DNA from: Octopus vulgaris
Lineage: Eukaryota
Assembly (NCBI GenBank): GCA_951406725.2
Contig: OX597825.1
Location: 12,958,001 to 13,022,000, forward strand
Length of the DNA stretch: 64,000 nucleotides
Direction: 5' to 3'
The position numbers and the translations under genes were made by a program. A model generated the notes under the pieces. The model saw only the letters and a program-made list of their open reading frames with translations. It was not told where the DNA came from and made no database searches. Numbering within the stretch: position 1 is the stretch's first letter; every line of letters starts with the position of its first letter. Shown here piece after piece: positions 25,808 through 38,605 of the stretch.

Positions 25808-26774
25808 AATTCGAAAGCTTATTTCTGTGTGTCGGTGTGTCACACTTAGACCCCTTCTCTCACTATTCAATGACACTCCTACTATTCTTCATGTTGAGGT
25901 GAGAGTAATAGTAGGTATAGAGACAGTGAGGTCGGTGCCGAAGAAAGACAGAGGGAGAAAGAGAAAAAGAAACAGAGAAGGAGGGATATACAGAAATTTT
26001 GGGAGAGTTAATGATATTTTATTAAAAGTAGTAGTGTTGGTGGTGGCAGTGGGAGTAATAATAAGAGAGAGAGAATGAGTGGGGGTGTGAGAGAAAGAGG
26101 GACTAAACACTGAAGTAACACGCCGAATAACATACTGAACGAACACTACATTTAGCCTTTTTGTAATGGTAATAGCGTGATACTATTACTATGAGCTGAA
26201 GTTGTGATAGAGGCGGGGGCGGCTGTGATAATGGTAGCGGTGGTGGTGCTGGTCGGGGATGACGGTCAGAGTCAGCGATGTGTAAGACAGTGGTGATGGT
26301 GGTGGAGGGGAAGGCGGCGAAATCAAAGGTATTGATGGTAGTGACGTCAGAAATCTGAATGGTGTGTGTAAGGGAGTTGTGGTGGCGATGATGGTGGTAC
26401 TGGAGATGTTTGAAAACAATCAACAGAAAGAGAGAGAAGAAAAGATGTTAGATGAACAAAAATTGTACTTCACCCGAATGGGAAGGCAAAAAATCTTGTT
26501 TCTCATGAAGCTTTACAATAAGTTCCAAGTGGACAAATTATATCATTGGTTTGAGGAAAATTGTTCATTGCTTGGTAAATATTGGTCAAGTTTAATAAAA
26601 TTTAATATGTACTCAATGCATGAAGTGTCATTGTTGGACTCAAGGTCCATTGAGCAGCCCTCCACAGGAGATAGTACAAAAGCCCCTGATAAGGTGACTC
26701 TTAAACTATATATGTGTATATATATATTTATATATACGTATATACATATATATGTATATATATATATATATATA

Positions 26775-26975
26775 AGGTTAATCCAAACGGGAAAACAGAA
26801 AAAACAACAACACGTGGAACAATTACAGTATTATTATTATTAGGCGCTCAGGAAAATGGAAGAAGGAAGGTATGACGTTTCGAGCGGAGCTCTTCGTCGG
26901 AAACATAGGAGAAAGAAAGATCCCGAGACGGGAGGACAGAGGAAAAAAAATTGCAGGTAGTCTTCACGAGGTCAC
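26775..26975 (-). mobile_element. Penelope-like terminal repeat with minimal HHR (same family as 33967-34149)
   Basis: Minus strand reads CCGACGA-A-GAGC-UCC-GCUC-GAAA-CGUC (26900-26874). (TA)n on both sides. Confidence 0.75.
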
Positions 26976-26993
26976 ATACTAAATATATATATA

Positions 26994-27030
<37 letters not shown>

Positions 27031-27076
27031 GTATATACATATATACATATACATATAAATATATATATATATATGT

Positions 27077-28474
27077 TTCGATGTAGTCAACCTCTACTCC
27101 AATATCCCCCACAACCTAGGACTAGAGGCAATCCAATTCTGGCTAGAGAATCACGCCAACGAACTACCACACCGCATCAAAAAAGAATTTGTGATAGAAG
27201 GGGTTAAATTCATCCTGGAAAATAACTTCTTCGCCTTCAATGACAACTTCTACCGACAAAAATCGGGGACTGCGATGGGTACACGAATGGCCCCCTCCTT
27301 TGCCAACCTAGTCATAGGATACCTAGAGATCAGTCTGTATCGTAAGGTTCTAGAAAGATATGGCAGCCCTTTCTCCATCTACATAGAAAACAACTGGAAG
27401 AGATATCTAGATGACTGTTTCATCCTTTGGCATAAAAATATAGAAAAACTCATAGAATTCCAGAAAATTTTAAACGGACTGGACGTAAACATCCAATTCA
27501 CGATGGAATATAGCCAACAACAACTCCCCTTCCTCGATATCCTCATTAAGAAAGCTAATAATATAATAGAAACAGACATATACTATAAGCCTACAGACTC
27601 TAAGCAATATCTTCCATTCAATTCATGCCACCCCAGACACACCAGGATGAATATCCCCTTCAATCTAGCAAAAAGGATATGCACTATAGTCTCTAACGCA
27701 AACACCAGAGACACACGACTACAAGAACTAAAAGATACCCTAATCACCAGGAACTATCCACCTTCACTTATTGACAAGTGCATTCAACGTGCCCTTCAAC
27801 TTAACATCAAGGAACTGAGACATCCCAAATCAAAGAAAAACTTACAACCAAAAGCCTTACCATACATCTCCACACACAACCCTCTCAATAACGAAGCCTT
27901 CGACACCATCCTCCACAACATACCCCTCCTAAAAAAAGACCACAGAATGAACACAATCCTCCAAACACACACGATCATAAAAAGCAAAAGACAGCCTAGA
28001 TCCATGAAAAGTCTCCTTACACAAGCCCGAATTCACTCTTCAACACAGAAGCCGACAGTAAAAAAATGTGGAAGACCCAATTGCGGGATATGCGACTATC
28101 TAATCGAGGGTTCTGAGTTCTCCTTCAAACAGGGACAACGGTTTACAGTGAAAAGCAACTTTACATGTGCTTCAGAGAACCTAATATACTCACTAACCTG
28201 CTCCGGGTGTCAAGAGCAGTACATAGGCCAAACAAAAAATGGTTTGCGTAAACGAATGGCCCTGCACAGATCCCAGATAAAAATTCCCCAAAACAGAAAA
28301 ATAGCTTTTAGCCAACACATAGATACTTGCGCCAACAAAAAAACACCAAACTTCAGAATTTTCCCCCTCTACCAATTTAGGGACGATACAACCTCGAGAC
28401 AAAGAATAAGTAAAGAAAATCTCTTTATTACAAAATACAAGCCACTTCTTAACGGGTCTACGACAAACAATTAA
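27077..28474 (+). CDS. Penelope-like element ORF, 5'-truncated: reverse transcriptase plus C-terminal GIY-YIG endonuclease (Neptune-type)
   Basis: Open from FDVVNLYSNIP (27077, RT motif A) through QKSGTAMGTRMAPSFANL, WKRYLDDCF, LPFLDILI and YYKPTDSKQYLPFNSCHP. Cys linker CGRPNCGIC, then CASENLIYSLTCSGCQEQYIGQT..RMALHRS..FSQH..KENLFI..KPLLN. The listed start at 27191 is not a true start. Confidence 0.95.
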   Translation, partial: FDVVNLYSNIPHNLGLEAIQFWLENHANELPHRIKKEFVIEGVKFILENNFFAFNDNFYRQKSGTAMGTRMAPSFANLVIGYLEISLYRKVLERYGSPFSIYIENNWKRYLDDCFILWHKNIEKLIEFQKILNGLDVNIQFTMEYSQQQLPFLDILIKKANNIIETDIYYKPTDSKQYLPFNSCHPRHTRMNIPFNLAKRICTIVSNANTRDTRLQELKDTLITRNYPPSLIDKCIQRALQLNIKELRHPKSKKNLQPKALPYISTHNPLNNEAFDTILHNIPLLKKDHRMNTILQTHTIIKSKRQPRSMKSLLTQARIHSSTQKPTVKKCGRPNCGICDYLIEGSEFSFKQGQRFTVKSNFTCASENLIYSLTCSGCQEQYIGQTKNGLRKRMALHRSQIKIPQNRKIAFSQHIDTCANKKTPNFRIFPLYQFRDDTTSRQRISKENLFITKYKPLLNGSTTNN

Positions 28475-28599
28475 TATACCTCAACTTTAGAATAAAAGAA
28501 AAAAATATATATACACACACAAATACTACACTCCATAGAATCCATTACTAATCAGCCCCTTCATAGCTATATTTACACCCATTCATATTCTCCCTTCTC

Positions 28600-28870
28600 T
28601 GTTTTTTTCTTCTTCTTCTTCTTCATCATCATCGTTATCATCATCATCGGCGTCATCATCATCACCACCATCATCACCACCATCTTCTCCTTCTCCTCCT
28701 TCTTCTTCTTCTTCTCCTTCTTCTTCTTCTTCTTCTTCTTCTTCATCATCATCGTTATCATCATCATCGTCGTCATAATCATCACCACCATCACCATCAT
28801 CTTCTCCTTCTCCTTCTTCTTCTTCTTCTCCTTCTTCTTCTTCTTCTTCTTCTTCTTCTTCTTCTTCTCC
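28600..28870. repeat. (TTC)n/(ATC)n compound repeat with a duplicated unit of about 120 bp
   Basis: CTTCATCATCATCGTTATCATCATCATCG recurs at 28621 and 28741. Confidence 0.85.
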
Positions 28871-29287
28871 ACCCCCTACCCCTTAAGTTTGTCACTAATG
28901 TTTTTTAGTATAACACCTACGCTAATTCTATAAACAATCCTGAATTGAACTGAGACTGCCAGCCGCCACTGACCATTCAAAATACGACCATCAGGGCACT
29001 CCCAGATTCTCCCACCCCCTTTCCTCACCAGCCTTCCCTCTACTACCCTACCAAGAACTCACAACTACCTCGAACACACAAGTGAAAACAAGGGAGTCAG
29101 AGAAAGGCAGAATGCCACTTAAATCTGAACACTACTATAGAAATATTCTTTTAAAAAAACTTTTCTTCTAATTTTTCTAAATTTAATTATTTAATCGTTA
29201 CAGTTGAAAAGGTCTCAAAATGACCGAAACCGGTACTGAAATGTTCACTATAAAATTATTTTAGCATTTTCTATTTTTTACTTGTTT

Positions 29288-29349
<62 letters not shown>

Positions 29350-29354
<5 letters not shown>

Positions 29355-29530
29355 TTCACTAAAAAACGAAAGACGAAGACAGGTGGTGTTTAAAACAAAC
29401 AGATGTAATAGTATAACGGTCAGGAAATTGAAAAAGTCTTTTACGTTTCGAGCCTACGCTCTTCTACAGAAAGGGACACAGAAAAAGACAAGGAGAGAAT
29501 AAAATATGTGTAATGGCTACCGATGGAGCC
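29350..29530 (-). mobile_element. Penelope-like terminal repeat with a minimal HHR variant
   Basis: Minus strand reads CUUU-CUGUAGA-A-GAGC-GUAG-GCUC-GAAA-CGUA-AAAG (29473-29438). The 3' end abuts (TA)n. Confidence 0.7.
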
Positions 29531-29608
29531 ATGGAGCCGTTTGAAACGGTCGTACTGCATTACTACTTGATATCCTGCAGCTCGTTTGTATATATATATG
29601 TTTGTGTG

Positions 29609-29639
<31 letters not shown>

Positions 29640-30091
29640 TTGTGTGTGTATATGTATAATTGTATACACATGTATACACACAACCAGGCACATATATTTA
29701 ATGTGTAAATTTCTAAACGTCAAATCTGTAACATTTAATTAGACGTTTAATGTCATTAATAATTTCGCCAGTTTGTTAGTTTTGAATATAAATATATTAC
29801 CATACTCTAGCTGTCTTATACCAATCTTAATTTAATTTCTAAAGTTTTTATTCTAAATATATCAAAGAGGTTAGATTTGATATACTTCATTAAACTAATA
29901 ATTATTTGTCTTCGTATTTCGTAATGATGAGTTTTGCTCCATATTTTGCGTAAATCTGTAACCTAAATTTGCTTGTTCGATATAAATGACTATAAATTGT
30001 ATATGTCTGTCAGAGTCTGTGTGAGAAAACCCACGTTGCCGGTCATTTGATTGTGACTGATCTTGTCTAGGCATGCAGTTGCCATCAGGTG

Positions 30092-30135
30092 CTTAATACT
30101 GACGATACCCAAATGGGTGGAAATGCGTATTGTGG
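30092..30135 (+). ncRNA. Minimal hammerhead-like motif within a probable PLE terminal relic (about 29700-30290)
   Basis: CUGACGA-UACCCA-AA-UGGGUG-GAAA-UGCG-UA. The expected palindrome CGCG is altered by a CpG-type transition, and stem I is weak. Confidence 0.55.
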
Positions 30136-30957
30136 TGTACTACGACTACTGCTAGACGATATACGTTTCGCTATTTATATATCATGTTCTATTTAAAACT
30201 GTACGTCTACAATAGATATTATCTCAAGATGAATAAGCCTGTTAATTTGGTTTTCCACGGTGATACGCAGAATGCTTATTTAAACTAATATTGCTTCTGA
30301 TGCACAAAACGAATACACATTTGCACACCTACATACATACAAACTTACCTATATACATAGAGACATACAAACAGTCAGACAAACAGGCAGATAGACAGGC
30401 ATACAGACAAACATACACACATACAGATGTATATATATATAATTGATGCAGGAAAAACGGAAGATAGATTTGATACTAGTCTTTATTCAGTATCATGATC
30501 GTTTCGGCTCATTCTACAGCTACCCGATACGTGTAGGGTTTTGTGCATCTAAATAGCTGCATCAATGTATGCCGCTTGTGTCACATCAGGTACATGCATG
30601 GAGAAGAGGATGCTCCTATAAATGTACTGATATGTTCTTCGTGCCTACTCTATCTTGGTTTTAATTACATATATATATATATATGTGTGTGTGTGTGTTC
30701 CGGCTAACACAAGAGAAAACACCCACTAAGTAGATAATACAGTAATAACTTTTCGCTTTACATGTTTCCATTGCTTTTGACAATGCTTTGACGATGCCTT
30801 GTTTGACAGATAGTGTATGCGTATATACACACACACTCGTATGTACGCATTGTCTACGTACTATACTGTGTAGCCGGCAAAATATGAAAAAACAATGCGC
30901 ATACGCAAAATTACAATTATAAAATGGCATCAATTTATCATGTACACACACACTTAT

Positions 30958-31116
30958 ATACGACAAGCTTCTTTCAGTTTCCGTTAACCAAATCCACTCA
31001 TAAGACTTTGGCTGCCCCGAGGCTATAGTAGGAGACACTTGCCCAAGTTGAGGCGTAGTGGGACAGAACCCGGAAGCACGTTGTTGGGAAGTAAGCTTCT
31101 TACCACACAGCCACAC
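30958..31116 (-). mobile_element. SINE family A, 5' half, diverged
   Basis: CTTCTTTCAGTTTCCG..GACACTTGCCCAAG..TACCACACAGCCAC. Confidence 0.82.
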
Positions 31117-31163
31117 CTATATATATACATGTGTGTATGGGTGTGTGTATATATATATGTATG

Positions 31164-31214
<51 letters not shown>

Positions 31215-31971
31215 CTAATATATATATATATAATAGATGTATTTGTCAGCGTGTGGTTATGCCTGTCTATATATTCGGATGTTCCTGTCCTTGTGTTCTT
31301 CATCTCAAACCTTGACAACTCGTGTTGCTTTGGTTACTTGTCTGTAAATAAGTGGTTTAGTAAAAGAGATTGATAACGGAAGGAAGCGGTAAGGGCGAGT
31401 TCAAAACGGAAGCAGTGGGTCAGTATTTCCACAGGTCAATGCCTGAAACACGTCAAAGAAATAAAAAAAAATATATAGCAATGAATAATCGATGTTTCAA
31501 AATGAATCATCGTGGGGAAATGGTTTGTCAAATGCCTTTATCTCTCTGGTGGTTTGGTAAACAATTCACCTTTATCATCAACGAACAACATACCGATAAG
31601 TTTCGCGCTGCTTGGTATTATTTCAGACAAGCTTCATCCTGTAGCTACATATTTAATTCATATATCCAAGCGAATGAAGCTACTCATTGACAAATGCGTT
31701 TTTTATTGGGTCTGACAAGACAGAATATTTAAAAATATGTATCATTCTCGCTGGCATAGATTTGGGGCTATATTATTTGCTTCGATTTGCTCACAAAAAA
31801 TATAGAAAAAATACGATAAATTGCTGAAATACTTGGCCACTCAAAACATATATATTCATTAAACACGCGTGCCAGCATACACATGCACACGCACACACAT
31901 TCTCACACGCATATATGTACATATGTGTATGTATACAAACATACAAGTGTGTGCGTGTATATATATATGTA

Positions 31972-32700
31972 GGCGCAGGAGTGGCTGTGTGGTAAGTAGC
32001 TTGCTTACCAACCGCATGGTTCCGGGTTCAGTCCCACTGCGTGGCACCTTGGGCATGTGACTTCTACTTTAGCCTCGGGCCGACCAAACTGAAAGCAAAA
32101 GAGACCGATATAATAAGTACTAGGCTTACAAAGAACAAGGGGTCCTGGGGTCGATTTGTTCGACTAAAGGCGGTGCTTCAGCATGGCCGCAGTCACATGA
32201 CTGAAACAAGTAAAAGAGTAAAAGAGTATATATATATATATATGTTTGTGTGTGTGTTTGTGTGTGTGGGTGTGTGTGTGTGTGTAGATGCAGGCGTGTC
32301 TGTATTGTAAAAACTTTACTTCGTAGTCACATGGTTCTGGCTTCAGTCCCACTGCGAGGTACCTTGGGCAAGCGAGTAGATTTGGTACACGGTACATATA
32401 TATTATATGTGTGTTTGTGTGTGTGTCTGTGCCTGTGAGTGTGTGTGTGCGTGTGTTTGAATGTCCTTGTATCAGCATTTGTCTCGCATCACCGCTTGAC
32501 AACCGGTGTTCGTATGTTTACACGCCTCTAACTTTGCAGTCCAGCAAAAGAGAGCGATCGAATAAAAAAAAACCATAACGGGGGACACTGATTTGAAGAG
32601 CTTTTCCGTCGATCCCTTCAACAGACAAAAAGAAAAAAAAAACTCATCAAAACAGTGCCCCAGCATGACCGCAATCAACTAACTGAAATCATCAAACAAA
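31972..32700 (+). mobile_element. Two SINE family A copies (one internally deleted, one diverged)
   Basis: 31972-32227 lacks the central part. 32292-32700 is degenerate with the tail GTGCCCCAGCATGACCGCAATC. Confidence 0.82.
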
Positions 32701-33274
32701 GATACAAGATAAAAAAAAGACATACACTTTAGTACGAATTACTCGAACATAAAAACACAACTTTTTCCCATATTTTAAGACGTTATAGGATATAATATCA
32801 CGAGTTTTATGTTTTTTTCCTCCAGTTCTCTATTCTAAAGAAATCAGCTATAATTATCCTCTATAACAATTTAGCATTCGAGTGCAACCTAATAAGATCA
32901 GTCTACGAATGTTATCATACAACCTGATACGTTTGCTATTTGTTATTTCTCTGCTTGTAATTATCATCATTAACATTAACTTTAGAGGTAGAAGTAGTTG
33001 ATGGTATGGGATTGTGTTGGGTTTTGTATTTCTTGGGAACTGGAACAAGGAAGGCGTCCAGTAATTTAATGCTGTGATCTGACATTAAAAAAAATCACAT
33101 GCTAACATATATTCTGAAATAAAAGGGGGGAAAAAGCCTCAGCCAAGACCCACATTTATGTAAATCAGTAGAGGTCTGCTTATATTGTGAAGATGTGTGA
33201 ATATGCGTGAGAAAGCGAGAGAAACAGAGACAGACAGGCAAGCAGAATGTGTGTATGTGTGTGTATATATATAT

Positions 33275-33505
33275 GTTTCTTTACTACCCACAAGGGGCTA
33301 AACATAGAGGGGACAAACGAGGACAGACAAACGGATTTAGTTGATTACATCGGCCCCAGTGCGTAACTGGTACTTTATTTATCGACCCCGAAAGGATGAA
33401 AGGCAAAGTCGACCTCGGCGGAATTTGAACTCAGAACGTAGCGACGGGCGAAATACCGCGAAGCATTTCACCCGGCGTGCTAACGTCTCTGCCAGCTCGC
33501 CGCCT
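33275..33505 (-). mobile_element. SINE family B, full length
   Basis: Reverse complement: GGCGGCGAGCTGGCAGAG..GAGTTCAAATTCCGCCGAGGTCGACTTTGCC..GCCCCTTGTGGGTAGTAAAGAAA. Confidence 0.92.
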
Positions 33506-33506
33506 T

Positions 33507-33566
<60 letters not shown>

Positions 33567-33614
33567 GCTAAGTATATACTTACTTGTATGATATTTCTTC
33601 GTACGTGTGTGTGA

Positions 33615-33652
<38 letters not shown>

Positions 33653-33935
33653 GTACTTGACCCATTTGTTAAGCTGTGGTACTTATGACCGATTCCACTA
33701 CCGAACGGAACATTGTGTTCTTGAGCAAGTATTACATTTCACGTTCCTGTAGCCTACTTACCATGAAACAGGAATCCACGCAATGGACTCCCGTCTTTGC
33801 TCAAGGAGGATGCTGTAATTCCAGTTATGTAAATGTCATGGAAACAGGATAACAGGGCCTATGAGCCCAAAGACCCCCAGTCAATAATGATCAGAAAGCA
33901 ATGACCACACACACACACACATACAGACACACACG

Positions 33936-33966
<31 letters not shown>

Positions 33967-34144
33967 GCGATTTTTCCCCTCTGCCTTCCCTTCTCTGGAT
34001 CTTTCCTTCTCCTATGATTCCGACGAAGAGCTCCGCTCGAAACGTTAGGCCCTCCTTCTTTCCTTCTTTCCTGAGCGTCCAATAATACTATATTTGTTCC
34101 ACGTCCTCGCGTTGTTGTGTTTTTTTGTGCTTTCTTGTTTGGAT

Positions 34145-34149
<5 letters not shown>
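33967..34149 (+). mobile_element. Penelope-like terminal repeat with minimal HHR
   Basis: CCGACGA-A-GAGC-UCC-GCUC-GAAA-CGUU at 34020-34046. Homologous to 26775-26975 and flanked by (TA)n. Confidence 0.75.
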
Positions 34150-34197
<48 letters not shown>

Positions 34198-34340
34198 TTT
34201 ATTCTTTAATTCTTTTATTTATTCCAGGCATTTGACTCCGGTCCTGCTGGAGCACCGCATTTAATCGTACAAATCGACCTCAGGACTTGTTCTCAGAAAG
34301 CTTATTACTTATTCTCTCGGTGTCTTTTGCCGAACCGCTA
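34198..34340 (-). mobile_element. SINE family A, 3' fragment
   Basis: TGCTGGAGCACCGC..CTTTTGCCGAACCGCTA. Confidence 0.75.
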
Positions 34341-34992
34341 TATATATTTCGAAGATTCAACAAGCCAAGCCATCACATGTGTGTGTGTTTATGAAAGTGA
34401 AAGTGAAATGAAGAAAGAGAGAGAGAGAGGGGGGGGGAATGAGAGAGAGTAAGAGTCAATGGTAGCATGTCCATATATATTATTCTCGCTGAAGAATAAA
34501 AAGTCCTCGGTTAGAAGAAAGATATTTCTCAATTCCATAATTCTGTAGGTCGAGGATCGCGAAATCGAATTTAGGTGAACTGACGGATAAGCGAGCAACA
34601 TTGTGTGCGTCATTACCTACAGGCTCTTCTTCCCCTACGTTATACTTCAGCAAAACAAAATCTCGCAAACGCTAGTGGATTCATTTGCTTCTGTGTGTTT
34701 CGTTTCTATGATTGCATTATTCTATGTACAACTTTTAGTTTATTCCTCTCTCGCCCACAAAATCTATTCAGTTTTCTGAAGTGTATCTCAACAGATTTTC
34801 TATAGAAATTAGAGCTAGATGTGTAAGTTACGACGGTTCGTACACGAATAAATCTATGTAAACAGTGATGTCGAAGATGGAAAAATAGATAATGTGGTGT
34901 ATATACAAATTTCAGGAGTTGTTGCTCTTTCATCAGCACCGCATTCAACCCATTAACTTTCAGTACTGCATTTAAAACATGTAAACAAATGT

Positions 34993-35388
34993 AGGCGCCG
35001 GAGTGGGGGTATGGTAAGAACCTTGCTTCCCAAACACATGGTTTCCGTTCAGTCCCACTGCGTGGCACCTTGGGCAAGTGTCTTCTGTTATAGCCATGGA
35101 CCAACCAAAGCCTTGTGAGTGGATTTGGTCGTTGGAAACTGAAAGAAGCCCGTAGAATATATGTGTGTGTGCGTGCGTTCGTGACTGTATATGTCCTCCA
35201 TCACTACATAACAACGGTGTTGATGTGTTTACGTCCCCGTAATTTAGCGATCCGGCAAAAGAGACCGATAGTATAAATACTAGGATTTAAGTAAAAAATT
35301 TGAGATCGATTTGTTCGAGTAAAATCCTTCAAGGTGGTGCTCCAGCATGGCTACATTCAAATTACTGAAACAAGTAAAAGAATAAAAG
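34993..35388 (+). mobile_element. SINE family A, full length
   Basis: Homologous to 8194-8601. Confidence 0.9.
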
Positions 35389-36356
35389 AAAACTGCTGAC
35401 TTAGCAGTCTTTAATGTCCTTGCTAGTATATTATAGTTGCAAACCGAAATATGGTGTCCCCACCAGCAATTACCAGAGAACCTATGAACAGTGCGAATTC
35501 CCGAATCAACTGATCTCCTCACATTACATGTTACATTTTATCAGCAAGTGTATGTCGAAATGTGAAACGTAAAATCTTATATCTAAATATCCGGTGACAC
35601 CATAGTGTCGTATCTCCACTTCATATTGTACTTCAATGCACTTACGCCTAACATTTCAAACTTTCAAACTTTAGTGTATGCGAATTAATGGAACCAAATC
35701 TACCTCCCCAAATTGGATGAACGCTAGATTTTATATCCTCTGGTATTATTCATTATAAGAAACGATATTATATAATATTGATGGATTTCAACCATTTGTT
35801 CATTTTAAAAACCATAGCGGAAGAAATTTTTTCTGTATTTCAATCAGTCTCCGTACGTGAAACCCATTTGCTGCTGGTTTTAAAGCTTTAGAGCAACATC
35901 GTTTTGAAAGAATTTTTTATTGAATATATTAATGCATGTTGAAATAATATCCTGCGTTACAAAGATAATATCATAAAGTGTATAAGTATACCATCGTGTG
36001 TATCTATTGTCTGCATCAATATGTGTGAGCAGGTTTTGGTTTTTCCGTATTCTTCTCCCAACGTATATCCACTTACGTGTCCATACATGCATATATATAC
36101 GTGGAGTGATTTGTGAGTAAGATCCAAATGACCTGAATAAATTTTATTCAAGTTCATGATAGTGCATGCGTAAATATGCACATTTGCACTAAGTAGCGCA
36201 GGTGTTTAGTGTCAACAAGTTTATGCATGCACGGATATTAAAAATTCTCTATATATCGTAAGAAACACAAACACACACACATACACTCACACAAAAGCAT
36301 ACATGGGTGTGTACATATATATATATATATATACAAGTAAGCATACATACATATGT

Positions 36357-36392
<36 letters not shown>

Positions 36393-37977
36393 TATAGATG
36401 TATATATATACATATATATAAATAAAAGTATGCACATAAGTATACATATGTAAATAGATATGTATTTCTCTCCCTCATTCTTTCTCTCTCTCACTTTTTC
36501 TCTGTCTATATGTATATATGTATATATATATATATATATGTGTGTGTGTATATATGTATATATGTATATATATTTATGTATACATATACATCTATATGTG
36601 TTTGTTTGTATACATGTATGTGTATATGTGTGTGCTTGTATGCATGAATGGATACATGTATATAAATGTATGATGAGATGACACAGGAAAACATCGAATT
36701 GCGAACGATCTGCCGCTATGGCCTGCTTAATCATCAGTCGTCCGAGACCAATCAATATATACATATATAAAGAGTGAGAGAGAGAAAGATATATATATAT
36801 ATATATATATAAACAGAGAGAGAGAGAGAGAGTGAGCGAGAGAGGGAGTGATATAGAGATAGATACATACCTATATTCATACATACATACATACATACAT
36901 ACATGAATACGTACATACATACATGTATACATACATACTAGTATAGTAACGAACGAAAATGATGCCACGTATTTCAGTATAGAACACAATATTGATGCAT
37001 AAATTTTCCATAAGCATTTACGTTCAAATAAGTCATACTCGATTTGATTTGCAACGGGCTTCAAATTATGGTGTCATTATAGAGAATGGGAAAATAAAGA
37101 TTGATACGTAAATGCGGTTTATATAATTTTATTCATGCATATTAACGTAGGCGATTAGGGGATTATATTTCAACATAATTTGACATGCATAGTCATACGC
37201 ACACGAACACACACCAATTTATATAGTTTCTTTTCTCCCCTTCATCATTTCTATCAGTCCCTCTCTCTCTTTCTCCCTCTTCTTCCTTTACTCTCTCGTT
37301 GCCCAAACGTGACCATCTTCCATCATTCTTTTCCCCCCGTGATTATCTCTCTTTTCTTTCTGTCTGTGTCATAAACCAGACGCATATCTTGTATGTCTCC
37401 TCTCTTATCTCTTCACCTGCGAAAAGATTGTTCCTCCAGCGTTCGCAGCTTTTTTTTCTGTTACCAACTTTGATCCTCCGCAAAACCTAAATCTTATTTT
37501 GGTTGCGGGAGAAACTGTTTCCTCGACGACACATTGTCGTCAATTACTCGAAATGTGGAGTAGATAAACAGCCGACAACTGATGAAAGGTCGTTTTTATG
37601 ATACTTATCTTGCTTTCCGCTTGTTTCTCACGTGGTGTGTAAAAAAATATTTGTCTTCGTATTTCATATGTCTTCGTATTTAATGTTGTATATGTTTTCT
37701 CACGTCTTGTACTCATATATGCATATACATATACATATAATGTAAGTATGTACATATAAGTATGTATATATGCATATATATATAGATAGATATAGATATA
37801 TACTATATTGAACGCCACACGTCCATTATTGTGTATCAATCGAAACAATTTGTACAATTAATATTTGTATTTCTATTCATATGATATCATATTATATTTA
37901 TGGTAATATAATATTATGTTAATAAAGTATATTTAAAATATGTCAGTTGTAAATCTCCATTATATATATATATATTT

Positions 37978-38030
<53 letters not shown>

Positions 38031-38347
38031 GAATACATGCACAGAGGTTCTCTCAAGTCCAATACTAAAACTTCTCATATCGTAGTTACTTTAAATAAAT
38101 AGACCTAATTGCTTGTGAGGAAGATTAACAGAATGAAATATTTATAAACACTTAGAGTTTAATGGTTATTGTTTATTTGTTCAGTTCATTAATTAAGCAT
38201 TTAATTGCAGGAATAGTGGAATTGCAACAAGAAATGAAAATTATTTCTCTATACTTTTCAATATTGATTATTTTGAGTTTAATATTGACGTACAATAATG
38301 GAAATATATAACGTAACGAAGTTTACTTTGAACTGTTAGTTTTATTG

Positions 38348-38362
<15 letters not shown>

Positions 38363-38389
<27 letters not shown>

Positions 38390-38488
38390 AGTGTGTGTGT
38401 GTGTGTGTGAGTGAGTGTGTGTGTATGAGTGTGTGTGTGTGTGTGTGTGTGAGTGAGTGTGTGTGTGTGTGTGAGTGAGTGTGTGTGA

Positions 38489-38523
<35 letters not shown>

Positions 38524-38556
38524 TGAGTGTGTGTGTGTGTGTATGTGTGTGTGAGT

Positions 38557-38605
<49 letters not shown>

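Larger units (their letters stand above)
27075..29292 (+). mobile_element. Penelope-like retroelement inserted in (TA)n
   Basis: ORF followed by a 3' region that ends at (TA)n. HHR-like motif CAG-UUGAAAA-GGUC-UCAAAAU-GACC-GAAA-CCGG-UA-CUG at 29201-29238. The 3' end is delimited by its homolog at 24648-24900. Confidence 0.85.

Noticed and set aside
26364-26843. 159-aa ORF as a host exon
   Set aside because: It has no recognisable domain and runs through low-complexity sequence, a TA tract and a PLE terminus.
24648-29292. 24648-24900 or 26775-26975 as the inverted 5' pseudo-LTR of the coding PLE copy
   Set aside because: The first is clearly diverged from 29045-29292 and separated from it by unrelated insertions. 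The second belongs to a different family. Both are better explained as independent insertions.
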